From the IMG/VR virus record IMGVR_UViG_3300005512_003411, positions 1 through 27,544 of that record: 27,544 nucleotides of DNA; one strand, given 5' to 3'. Under the pieces are notes generated by a model. It had not been told where the DNA came from and ran no database searches. It worked only from the letters and a program-made list of their open reading frames with translations. The DNA is from a virus (taxonomy: Duplodnaviria > Caudoviricetes). How positions within the stretch are numbered: position 1 is the stretch's first letter; each line of letters opens with the position of its first letter. Of this stretch, positions 16,715 through 24,600 are shown piece by piece. The position numbers and the translations under genes were made by a program.

Positions 16715-17514
16715 TTACATTTGACTACCTTGGTAAGATGGGACAACTGGGCAACCAGATGTTCCAGTATGCTGCTCTAAAGGGCATTGCAAAACATAAG
16801 GGTTATGACTATGGTATTCCAAACCATAGTGAAGTCTTTGATGATGGTATTGGAAACAGACTTCGTATTGAACTATTTGAGTGTTTTGACCTAAATGTAC
16901 CTACATTCAACGCAAGACAATCACAGGTAGTACAGGAGTCTGGGTTTGAATTTGATGAGAACTTATTCAATAACTGTCCAGACAGTGTAAGTCTTGCTGG
17001 TTATTTTCAGACTGATAGATACTTTGATCACATTGCTGATGAAATTAGGAAGGACTTCACCTTCAAGAAATCAATCAGAGATGAGTGTCAACCAATTGTT
17101 GATGAGGTTCTGGATGAAAAACCTATTGCACTTCATATTCGCAGAGGAGATTTTTTAATCAACTCTGGTAATCATCATAATCTTGGTCTAGATTATTATG
17201 AAGAAGCACTGAGTAAGTTTGATTCCGATAGAGAGGTTGCTATTTTTAGTGATGACCCATTCTGGGTTGCTAGTCAAGAACTATTCAAACCAGACAGGTT
17301 CCTTCTGTCTGAGACAGGTAGGTCACATCATGACTTGTACTTGATGACTCAGTGCAGTGACTTTATTATTGCCAATTCTACATTCTCCTGGTGGGGTGCT
17401 TGGTTAGCAAATAAAGGTAGAGTCATTGCACCATCGACTTGGTTTGGACCTAATAACGCACATCTAAACATCAAAGATTTATACTGTAATCACTGGGAGA
17501 TTTGTAATGGATAA
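16711..17514 (+). CDS. Glycosyltransferase family 11, canonical motifs
   Basis: GQLGNQMFQYA, LHIRRGDF, FSDD, ANSTFSWWGAWL. Confidence 0.92.
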   Translation: MITFDYLGKMGQLGNQMFQYAALKGIAKHKGYDYGIPNHSEVFDDGIGNRLRIELFECFDLNVPTFNARQSQVVQESGFEFDENLFNNCPDSVSLAGYFQTDRYFDHIADEIRKDFTFKKSIRDECQPIVDEVLDEKPIALHIRRGDFLINSGNHHNLGLDYYEEALSKFDSDREVAIFSDDPFWVASQELFKPDRFLLSETGRSHHDLYLMTQCSDFIIANSTFSWWGAWLANKGRVIAPSTWFGPNNAHLNIKDLYCNHWEICNG

Positions 17515-18334
17515 GAACAAGTCAGCATTTAAACTTAAAGGTATTGGTCCTATCTATTATCTCAATCTCGATGGTCAACCAGAGAGGCGTGAGTATATGG
17601 AGAACCAATTTGAGTATTGGGAGGTTGAGAACTATGAACGTATCTCTGCTTATGACGGTCGGGATTCTGATCTCAGTGAAATTATCAAGGGTCGTTATCC
17701 TTCCATGATGTCTGGGGGAGAGATTGGTTGCACTACATCTCACTTGAAAGCACTCAAGCATTATCTTGAAACTTCTGATAGCCCCTATGCTGTCATTATG
17801 GAAGATGATTGTAGTCTTGATTTGGTTAGATTTTGGAACTTTACGTGGCTTGACTTTTATGGTCTTTTCCCTTATGATTGGGACTTGGTGCAGATTTCAA
17901 TTATCTGCACTGGAGACATTCACGTTAAACTGCATCGTAGATTTGTGAATGATTTCTCTACTGCTTGTTATGTTATCAACAGACACTATGCAGAAAAGTT
18001 AGTGCGATTCCACTGTAGAGATGGTAAGTATAAATTGGATAATGGTGTCAAACCACGTCCAGTTGCTGATGATCTCATTTATAATGCTGGGGTTTCTTAC
18101 GCTATCCCTTTGTTATTGTATAGAACCGAGTTGGGATCTAGTATTCATCCTGAACATGTTGATGTATTTCATGTCAAAAACTTTGAAGCACAGTCAAATT
18201 ACTGGCAACAAATGGGTGCTACGATTGACATTCGAGAATGGATGAACTATGATCCCTATTTGGGCAGGGTAACTGAACCTTCTCAACAACAACCGCCACC
18301 ACCAACTTATGAGGCGGAAACCCCTAAAGACTAG
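17507..18334 (+). CDS. Glycosyltransferase family 25
   Basis: YYLNLD..PERR, RISAYDG, GEIGCTTSH, IMEDD. Confidence 0.9.
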   Translation: MDKNKSAFKLKGIGPIYYLNLDGQPERREYMENQFEYWEVENYERISAYDGRDSDLSEIIKGRYPSMMSGGEIGCTTSHLKALKHYLETSDSPYAVIMEDDCSLDLVRFWNFTWLDFYGLFPYDWDLVQISIICTGDIHVKLHRRFVNDFSTACYVINRHYAEKLVRFHCRDGKYKLDNGVKPRPVADDLIYNAGVSYAIPLLLYRTELGSSIHPEHVDVFHVKNFEAQSNYWQQMGATIDIREWMNYDPYLGRVTEPSQQQPPPPTYEAETPKD

Positions 18335-18339
18335 GGTTA

Positions 18340-18447
18340 CTAAATAATCAGGCAATTGGCACAGTGCCAGTTGTAACAAACGAAGACACGTCGAGTCTTC
18401 TTTCATCTGCGGGTGAAATTCCGCAAGTAAATAACGAGGTATCTAAA
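18340..18447 (+). promoter_or_regulatory. Late-promoter candidate plus structured 5' leader of the OMP-like gene
   Basis: CTAAATA; three hairpins at 18353-18373, 18382-18400 and 18408-18425; GAGGT RBS. Confidence 0.55.
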
Positions 18448-18816
18448 ATGTTTAAATCTGTATTCGCAGCAACTGCTGCTCTTTCCATGTCCGCTGGTGC
18501 TGCTTTTGCAGGTCCCTACGTCAATGTGGAAGCAAATTCTGGTTGGACTGGTTCCGATTATTCTGGAACAGCAACCGATTTCCATATTGGTTACGAAGGT
18601 GCTTCTGGTGATGTAGGTTACTATGTCCAAGCAGGTCCTACTCTGGTCAGCCCTGATGGTGCTGAGTCTGAGACCGTCTTCTCTGGCAAGGCAGGTGCTT
18701 CTGTTGCTGCTACCGATCGTCTCTCCCTGTATGGTGAAGTTTCTTTCGCAACTTCTCCTGAAGATGATGGTGACAATGGTTATGGTGGCAAATTGGGTGC
18801 CAAGTTCAACTTCTGA
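18448..18816 (+). CDS. Small outer-membrane beta-barrel/porin-like protein
   Basis: Signal peptide ending AFA-GPYV, alternating amphipathic strands, C-terminal LGAKFNF beta-signal; start set by RBS. Confidence 0.8.
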   Translation: MFKSVFAATAALSMSAGAAFAGPYVNVEANSGWTGSDYSGTATDFHIGYEGASGDVGYYVQAGPTLVSPDGAESETVFSGKAGASVAATDRLSLYGEVSFATSPEDDGDNGYGGKLGAKFNF

Positions 18817-18837
18817 TAACCCAATCATAAACTAATC

Positions 18838-18865
18838 AGGACCTCCGTTAGGAGGTCCTTTTTTT
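18838..18865 (+). terminator. Intrinsic terminator
   Basis: AGGACCTCC-GTTA-GGAGGTCCT followed by T tract. Confidence 0.9.
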
Positions 18866-18913
18866 ATGGTTAAATTTAAACTAAGAGACTCTATATAATT
18901 GGGTTTGTCTGAG

Positions 18914-18967
18914 TTTAGATAATCTTAATCGTGTCTTAGTGACAAGGATTAGACATTATGTTATAAT
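18914..18967 (+). promoter_or_regulatory. Candidate Pho box and sigma70 promoter
   Basis: TTTAGATA/CTTAATCG/CTTAGTGA at 10- and 11-bp spacing, abutting GTGACA(18939)-N17-TATAAT(18962). Confidence 0.55.
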
Positions 18968-19015
18968 TCATATGTCATGAAGACAAATCTGTAAACATTA
19001 CAAAAGGAATTACAA

Positions 19016-19381
19016 ATGAAAGCAATCGCTCTAGCCGCACTGGCAGTTTCGGCAACTGCACTGGCGACTCCTGCCCTTGCAGGACCCTATGTTGAGTCCA
19101 AGCATGAATTCAAAGGTACTGATGAGGACTACAGCAAGGCTGTTCATCAGGCTCGGGTTGGTTATGAGACCAAGATTGGTGCCTTCAAGCCTTATATCGA
19201 AGGTGGTTTTGGTGTAACTTCACCAGAGGATGGTGATCAAGAGAACTTTACTGCTCTCGAAGTTGGTACAAAGGTTAAGATTACCGATAAGTTTGGTGCT
19301 TATGGTAAGTTCGAGAACATCTTCCAAGAAGATGACACCCGTGACTGGAAAGTTGAACTCGGCACTAAGTACAAGTTCTGA
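19016..19381 (+). CDS. Second small outer-membrane beta-barrel/porin-like protein
   Basis: Signal peptide ending ALA-GPYV, C-terminal LGTKYKF; resembles 18448-18816. Confidence 0.8.
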   Translation: MKAIALAALAVSATALATPALAGPYVESKHEFKGTDEDYSKAVHQARVGYETKIGAFKPYIEGGFGVTSPEDGDQENFTALEVGTKVKITDKFGAYGKFENIFQEDDTRDWKVELGTKYKF

Positions 19382-19412
19382 TTTTTAAGATAAAAACGAC
19401 GAGGATATTCAA

Positions 19413-20378
19413 ATGAAACTCTCTGCTCTCGCAATGGGTGCTCTGGCACTCACCGCTACTACTCCTGCAATTGCTGGAGAAAGACTGAATGGTGCTGGTG
19501 CATCATTCCCTGCTCCACTTTATCAGCGTTGGTTCAAGGACTATGCTGCTAAGACTGGCAAAGAAGTTAACTATCAGGCAGTTGGATCTGGTGCTGGTGT
19601 TCGCCAGTACAAGGCAGGTACTACTGACTTTGGTGCTTCTGATAAGGCAGTTTCTGATAAGAAACTTGCTGGTATCTCCCGTCCTATGGTACAAATCCCT
19701 ATGACTGGTGGTGCAATTGCAGTTGCATACAACAAACCTGGATGTGACCTCAAACTGTCCCAAGTCGAACTCACTAAGGTCTTCTATGGACGTATTAGTG
19801 ACTGGTCGGAGTTGGGTTGTGCTGCAGGTCCTATCACTGTTGCTGTTCGCTCTGATGGTTCGGGCACGACCGCTGGTTTCACCAACTCTCTTTCTGCTTT
19901 CTCGCCTTATTGGGCACACAAAGTAGGACGTGGTAAGTCAGTTGCATGGCCTGCTGCTGGTACAGTTGCTGGCAAAGGTAACTCTGGTGTTGCTGGTATT
20001 ATCAAATCCCGTGTAGGTGCTATCGGTTATTTGAACTATGGTTATGTTGTTGGTGATAAGTTCCAACAGGCTGCGATTCAAAACCGTGCTGGTAACTATG
20101 TGAAGGCAAGTGGAGAAACCTCTGCTGCTGGTCTGTCACAGATCAAACTGGACAGCAAACTGCGTGGAACCGATGCTAATCCTGCTGGTGCTAACGCATT
20201 CCCCATCGTTTCTCTGACCTGGATCCTTGCTGAGCCTGGTCACAAGACCGATGATGTAAAAGCAGCACTTCGTTATATGCTGAGTGAAGAAGCACAAAGC
20301 AAGTCTGACTCACTGGGTTATGTTCCCCTCCCTGAGTCTCTTCGTCAGAAGTCCCTTGCTGCTGTCGATTCACTTTGA
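19413..20378 (+). CDS. pstS: Phosphate ABC transporter substrate-binding protein
   Basis: LNGAGASFPAPLY, YQAVGSGAG, DFGASD, RSDGSGTT, GKGNSGV, LGYVPLP. Confidence 0.97.
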   Translation: MKLSALAMGALALTATTPAIAGERLNGAGASFPAPLYQRWFKDYAAKTGKEVNYQAVGSGAGVRQYKAGTTDFGASDKAVSDKKLAGISRPMVQIPMTGGAIAVAYNKPGCDLKLSQVELTKVFYGRISDWSELGCAAGPITVAVRSDGSGTTAGFTNSLSAFSPYWAHKVGRGKSVAWPAAGTVAGKGNSGVAGIIKSRVGAIGYLNYGYVVGDKFQQAAIQNRAGNYVKASGETSAAGLSQIKLDSKLRGTDANPAGANAFPIVSLTWILAEPGHKTDDVKAALRYMLSEEAQSKSDSLGYVPLPESLRQKSLAAVDSL

Positions 20379-20402
20379 TTCCCATTTGGGTTTATTCAAT
20401 GG

Positions 20403-20437
20403 GCATAGGATTGTTTTTATTTACAATCCTATGCTTT
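20403..20437 (+). terminator. 12-bp stem-loop after pstS
   Basis: GCATAGGATTGT-N8-ACAATCCTATGC-TTT. Confidence 0.6.
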
Positions 20438-20462
20438 ATCTTACTAGTTCTAGGTAACGTAT

Positions 20463-20684
20463 ATGTCTAAAATGCCGCAGGGATGTAATCCTAAATGGAA
20501 ACGTTGGTGTATTGCCTGCTGTTCCTCACAACTATGGTTAGTCCCTGCTGCTTTTCTTGGGTTTCTCATTCTCATTGAGGGTGTTCACACTGCTGCTCAT
20601 CTTAAGATGGAGCAAGATGTTCATGGATACTGCAGTAAAAATGCCGAGCATCAAGAGAATTTGAAATTTGATGAAGAGTGGTGA
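20463..20684 (+). CDS. Small membrane protein
   Basis: Cys/Trp-rich N-terminus, one TM-like segment. Confidence 0.65.
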   Translation: MSKMPQGCNPKWKRWCIACCSSQLWLVPAAFLGFLILIEGVHTAAHLKMEQDVHGYCSKNAEHQENLKFDEEW

Positions 20685-20697
20685 CTTGAATATAATC

Positions 20698-20732
20698 GGG
20701 CTCTTGACAGGGTCCTTTTTTTACTATATAAT
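20698..20732 (+). promoter_or_regulatory. Terminator overlapping a consensus sigma70 promoter for hli
   Basis: GGGCTCT-TGAC-AGGGTCC-T7; TTGACA(20704)-N17-TATAAT(20727). Confidence 0.85.
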
Positions 20733-20758
20733 ATGTAAAGATTTACAACAATAAGTAA

Positions 20759-20977
20759 ATGACTGTTACAACAGAAGATGGCGGACGCCAAAATTTGTTC
20801 GCCCGTGAACCACAGATGTACATTTCCAAGAGTGACGCAGAGCGTTATGGTTATGAAACCTACGCTGAGAGAGCAGAGAAGTTAAATGGACGCACTGCTA
20901 TGCTTGGATTTGTTGCTGCTATCATCTCTTATGCTACTAGTGGTAGTGTATTTTTCTTTGGAGTTTTCGGATTCTGA
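20759..20977 (+). CDS. hli: High-light inducible protein
   Basis: AEKLNGRTAMLGF chlorophyll-binding motif; N-terminal TTEDGGRQNLFAREP. Confidence 0.95.
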   Translation: MTVTTEDGGRQNLFAREPQMYISKSDAERYGYETYAERAEKLNGRTAMLGFVAAIISYATSGSVFFFGVFGF

Positions 20978-21192
20978 TGATTGAACTTCTTACATATTAT
21001 GTGATTGTCTCCGTTGTATTCATCGGAGCACCCGGTGTATTTTTCTATATGGTATTCATGCCTGCTCTTCAAAATACGAAGGGTAGGATGGTTGGATACA
21101 AAGATCATAAAACATATGGCGATTCTTCAATCTATGAAAATTTGCCAAGTGACCAAACAAACTTTTATCTTACTTTAGGAGAACAGACATGA
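20977..21192 (+). CDS. Small membrane protein between hli genes
   Basis: Hydrophobic N-terminal half; TGATG and ATGA coupling. Confidence 0.7.
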   Translation: MIELLTYYVIVSVVFIGAPGVFFYMVFMPALQNTKGRMVGYKDHKTYGDSSIYENLPSDQTNFYLTLGEQT

Positions 21193-21296
21193 ACGAAAAC
21201 GCAGAACGTATTAATGGTTTAGCAGCAATGCTGGGTATCATTGCCGCAATGGGTGCATATGCAGTTACTGGGCAAATTATTCCTGGTGTATGGTGA
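21189..21296 (+). CDS. hli: High-light inducible protein, 35 aa (not in ORF track)
   Basis: MNENAERINGLAAMLGIIAAMGAYAVTGQIIPGVW; TGQIIPG tail; GGAG RBS. Confidence 0.93.
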   Translation: MNENAERINGLAAMLGIIAAMGAYAVTGQIIPGVW

Positions 21297-21297
21297 T

Positions 21298-21423
21298 ATG
21301 TTAGTTATTGCAGCAACACTAATTGCAGCATTTGTGCTTGGCACAATGTTCAATAATGATGTTGATGATGATGACAATGGACCAGATGGAGGTCTAATGA
21401 CTCCTGTTTATAACCCAATCTAA
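21298..21423 (+). CDS. Small membrane protein with acidic tail
   Basis: MLVIAATLIAAFVLG...DDDDNGPDGGLMTP; ATG 1 nt after the hli stop. Confidence 0.65.
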   Translation: MLVIAATLIAAFVLGTMFNNDVDDDDNGPDGGLMTPVYNPI

Positions 21424-21434
21424 TCATATATAAA

Positions 21435-21469
21435 GGAGGCTTGACGGTCTCCTTTTTGTATGTTAGCAT
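21435..21469 (+). promoter_or_regulatory. Terminator overlapping a sigma70 promoter
   Basis: GGAGGCT-TGAC-GGTCTCC-T5; TTGACG(21441)-N17-TAGCAT with TG extension. Confidence 0.75.
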
Positions 21470-21482
21470 CTGGATTACCTTT

Positions 21483-22097
21483 ATGAGGAATATGATTTTA
21501 AACACGATTAGTCTTGGTCTGCTTGCAGCAATTCCTGTAGCGTCTGGAATCAACTGGTTGAATAATAAACCAGTTGCAGTAGAGTTAGAACCAACACCAC
21601 CTTCCCCTGTAGTTGAGATAGCAGTTGAACCTCCAAAGACATGGACCTGCCCTGACTGCACACCGGAAGAACAATACGTTCTCAAAGAGTTACAAAGTGG
21701 TACAAAAATCACAGATAAAAATGCCCTTGCGACAATCATGGGTAACATTAAACAAGAAAGTAAATTCATTGCCAATATATGTGAGGGAGGTGCTAGAGTT
21801 CCTTACGATCGTTGCCTTCGGGGTGGTTACGGGATCATTCAGTGGACCTCTGAGAACCGTTATTTGGGGTTAGGTAGGTTTGCTAGTAAGTATGGATGTG
21901 ATCCTAGCACCCTAAAATGTCAGACACGTTATATGATTAACGAAGACATCTTTCAAAAATATCTTCCTGAGTTCGAAGGTAATGGTAGGTCAGTATCTCA
22001 ATACATGGTTGCTGCATATTATTGGTTAGGATGGGGAATTCGTGGACCACGCGATACATATTCATATAATTATACAAAAAGATTTGTACTATCATGA
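21483..22097 (+). CDS. Phage tail-type lysozyme-like cell-wall hydrolase with N-terminal hydrophobic leader
   Basis: ALATIMGNIKQES and GYGIIQWT lysozyme-like motifs; start at 21483 or 21492. Confidence 0.75.
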   Translation: MRNMILNTISLGLLAAIPVASGINWLNNKPVAVELEPTPPSPVVEIAVEPPKTWTCPDCTPEEQYVLKELQSGTKITDKNALATIMGNIKQESKFIANICEGGARVPYDRCLRGGYGIIQWTSENRYLGLGRFASKYGCDPSTLKCQTRYMINEDIFQKYLPEFEGNGRSVSQYMVAAYYWLGWGIRGPRDTYSYNYTKRFVLS

Positions 22098-22336
22098 CTT
22101 ATCCTGCACCTAAGTATTTGAAAGATGATCCGTGGTTTGGACCAGCAGTAATTTCTGATGCTAATCGTGATTATATGGAAAAAGAAACACAACTAAGGCT
22201 TGCATTGGAACCAGTGCAAAGTAAAGAACCAGATAATATTCATCAGTTGATGTATCAAATTGCTACAGAAAGTAGAAAGCACACACTGGCATGGTATGAT
22301 GTAGGCAATCTTGGAGGATCGGAGACCTTTCAATGA
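22094..22336 (+). CDS. Hypothetical protein
   Basis: ATGA-coupled on both sides. Confidence 0.7.
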   Translation: MTYPAPKYLKDDPWFGPAVISDANRDYMEKETQLRLALEPVQSKEPDNIHQLMYQIATESRKHTLAWYDVGNLGGSETFQ

Positions 22337-22554
22337 AAGATTGGAGATACAGTAAGGACAAACTCAAGATAAGGCAGCAAGCATTATCTATTCTTCTTTC
22401 AAAATATGGAGGAGAGTTAGATAAATCTAGAACTTCTAAATACACTTGTCAGTCCATTTATGAGTGTGCCCATGACTGGGTATCTCAAGGCAATATAAAT
22501 TGCAATGGAATCACAAAGTATTATGAGGCTTATTATCATGCAAAAAATAATTAA
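22333..22554 (+). CDS. Hypothetical protein
   Basis: ATGA-coupled; GGAG upstream. Confidence 0.7.
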   Translation: MKDWRYSKDKLKIRQQALSILLSKYGGELDKSRTSKYTCQSIYECAHDWVSQGNINCNGITKYYEAYYHAKNN

Positions 22555-22786
22555 TGTAATGGCAGTATTATCATTTTTAGTATCCGGCACAAGCGTAGCT
22601 GGTGCTTGGTATTTGTATAAGAATACAGATACCTTAATTGAAGAGGCAAGAGAAAATATTGTGAAGGAAATTGCAGAATCACTTCCTAAGATTGTGGAAG
22701 AATTAATGCCAGACATTCCAGAAGTTCCTACGATGACTGGTGATGCTGTTCCACAACTCCCCTCTGCTACTGGACTTCCTTTCTGA
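22538..22786 (+). CDS. Membrane-anchored protein with Pro-rich tail
   Basis: MQKIINVMAVLSFLVSG; GAGG RBS before ATG 22538. Confidence 0.7.
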   Translation: MQKIINVMAVLSFLVSGTSVAGAWYLYKNTDTLIEEARENIVKEIAESLPKIVEELMPDIPEVPTMTGDAVPQLPSATGLPF

Positions 22787-23454
22787 TGAAAAAATTATTA
22801 ATGACTTTGGCAGCAATAGTTTCAATTAGTTCTCCTGCTGTTGCTAATGATAAAATTACTCAAGGATACAAATCATACGATGCAATGGGTTGTATGTTAT
22901 TGAGGGAATGTACAGATGGAGTCAAAAAAATCACTAGTATTCTGGATATTTCTAGTGAGTATCCCAATACTCATGATTTTTATTCTGTTGCTGTTGAATT
23001 CAACAACATGCTCTCTGCTCTCAATCAGGTCGGAGTTAAAGTGTTTTTAGCAGATGATAAGTATTTTCCGTCAATGCATAGAGGTGTTTATCATACTGTA
23101 GGAAATAATTTCTTCCTGAATAGATCATTTATGGGAAGACCTAGTACACTGATGAGTGTAATGCGTCATGAAGGATGGCACGCTGCACAAGATTGTATGG
23201 CAGGAACTATTAAAAATTCTTTAGTTGCTATTATTCTTCCCGAAGATAGTGTTCCTCCTTATTGGAGAGAAATGACTGAAAGAAGTTATCCCAAAGCAGC
23301 AGTTCCTTGGGAAGCAGAAGCAACTTGGGCAGGTAAAACTGAAGGAATGACATTGAAAGCACTACAAGCATGTGCTGCTGGTAATATGTGGGAAGTATAT
23401 GAACCAACACCATTGACCAGAAAGTTCTTAGTTGAAGAGGGATATATTAAATGA
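22786..23454 (+). CDS. Secreted zincin-like (HExxH) protein
   Basis: Signal peptide; MRHEGWHAAQ with downstream WEAEA. Confidence 0.72.
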   Translation: MKKLLMTLAAIVSISSPAVANDKITQGYKSYDAMGCMLLRECTDGVKKITSILDISSEYPNTHDFYSVAVEFNNMLSALNQVGVKVFLADDKYFPSMHRGVYHTVGNNFFLNRSFMGRPSTLMSVMRHEGWHAAQDCMAGTIKNSLVAIILPEDSVPPYWREMTERSYPKAAVPWEAEATWAGKTEGMTLKALQACAAGNMWEVYEPTPLTRKFLVEEGYIK

Positions 23455-23633
23455 AAAATCCCATTAATAAGTGGTTATTTAAACATCGCAAAAGAATCCA
23501 ACTTACTGTTCTTTTGATGCAGTTTATAATCGTAACTGCAACTTTTATTAGGTTGACTGAAATAAACAAGAAACAATTTTTTGTTTGTCGTCCTGATTTA
23601 AATAGAATGACACTACTTTGTATAGAACAATAA
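23451..23633 (+). CDS. Small membrane protein
   Basis: Basic N-terminus, one TM-like segment, two Cys; ATGA-coupled. Confidence 0.5.
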   Translation: MKNPINKWLFKHRKRIQLTVLLMQFIIVTATFIRLTEINKKQFFVCRPDLNRMTLLCIEQ

Positions 23634-23666
23634 AAAATAAATAGAAGTGCCTTACCTTCTACTGTA

Positions 23667-23990
23667 ATGCTTGGAGATAAATCCAAAGAATCAAAAGTAG
23701 AAGAGAAGGACCAGAGTGAAGATAAAAGTGAAGTTCTCGGTAATCTAGTGAAAGTTGTTGTACTTATTTGGTCCGCATCTCTTCTCACGTTCTCATACGT
23801 CAGACTTCCAAACGGTCAGAAAATCCTTGATTTTGACCCTACCTTCATCGCATCAGTGTTCTCTGGATCGTTAGCTGCTTTCGGTCTTTCTCCTGCTAAA
23901 AATGGAGGAAACGGAAATGGAAACGGTCATTCAAAACCATCAAAGAGAGAAGAACCACCAGTTCAATCTGCCATTGAACCTAAAAAGTGA
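23667..23990 (+). CDS. Two-TM membrane protein
   Basis: Two hydrophobic segments, DPTFIAS motif; ATAAATA late-promoter candidate at 23637. Confidence 0.72.
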   Translation: MLGDKSKESKVEEKDQSEDKSEVLGNLVKVVVLIWSASLLTFSYVRLPNGQKILDFDPTFIASVFSGSLAAFGLSPAKNGGNGNGNGHSKPSKREEPPVQSAIEPKK

Positions 23991-23999
23991 TTGTAATAA

Positions 24000-24209
24000 A
24001 TGAATCTTTTACTTAGACCATTGAATAACGTTAACGATCCAACATGGAGTGTCATCATTAGTTTGATGATACTCCTTTTTGGCGTTTCATATTACATATA
24101 TACAATAATGAGATTAGCATTTCGGGAGATGAAAGATGGGAGCAATGACACCACCGAGCAGGAAGAGTTGTTACAACTTCCGAGTAGTGGAGATCAACAG
24201 AGTTCTTGA
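24000..24209 (+). CDS. Small membrane protein
   Basis: DPTWSVIISLMILLFGVSYYIY TM-like segment; tail overlaps next gene. Confidence 0.65.
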   Translation: MNLLLRPLNNVNDPTWSVIISLMILLFGVSYYIYTIMRLAFREMKDGSNDTTEQEELLQLPSSGDQQSS

Positions 24210-24597
24210 TGGAGATACAATTGATGTCACGATTGATCTAGGATTTGATCTTTACAAAAAAGAAAGAGTTAGAGTTGCAGGTGTAGATACTCCAGAAAAA
24301 CGCACTAGAGACTTGGAGGAAAAGGAACTTGGAATCGACGCAACCAACTGGCTCAAAGAGAAATTGGAAGGTGCTATATCTGGTGATGATGACCTTGTTA
24401 TTAGGACTGAACTTGTTGGTGGCGTCGGCAAGTATGGTCGTTTACTTGGCTGGTTATACATCGGGGATGGAGAGGTGTCGCTCAACGAACAAATGATTAC
24501 TGAAGGATACGCCTGGGAATATGATGGTGGTACAAAACAGAAGAACTTTGAAGAACTTAGAGAAATTCGTAGACAATACGGTACTTTAGTGGAGTAA
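24136..24597 (+). CDS. Thermonuclease (SNase) family protein
   Basis: RVLDGDTIDV, RVRVAGVDTPE, GKYGRLLG, LNEQMITEGYA. Confidence 0.92.
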   Translation: MGAMTPPSRKSCYNFRVVEINRVLDGDTIDVTIDLGFDLYKKERVRVAGVDTPEKRTRDLEEKELGIDATNWLKEKLEGAISGDDDLVIRTELVGGVGKYGRLLGWLYIGDGEVSLNEQMITEGYAWEYDGGTKQKNFEELREIRRQYGTLVE

Positions 24598-24600
24598 ATC

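Noticed and set aside
18284-18306. CAA/CCA triplet run
   Set aside because: Encodes the QQQPPPPT disordered tail of the GT25 protein
3532-18334. Bacterial chromosomal O-antigen locus
   Set aside because: Flanking talC, short hli genes, pstS without pstCAB, T4-like late promoter motifs and dense small ORFs indicate a cyanophage; no wzx/wzy/wzm
21241-21297. TTG-start extension of the 21241-21423 ORF
   Set aside because: Overlaps the 35-aa hli in another frame; ATG 21298 is the more plausible start
23901-23927. AATGGA/AACGGA short repeats
   Set aside because: Encode a low-complexity NGGNGNGNG linker
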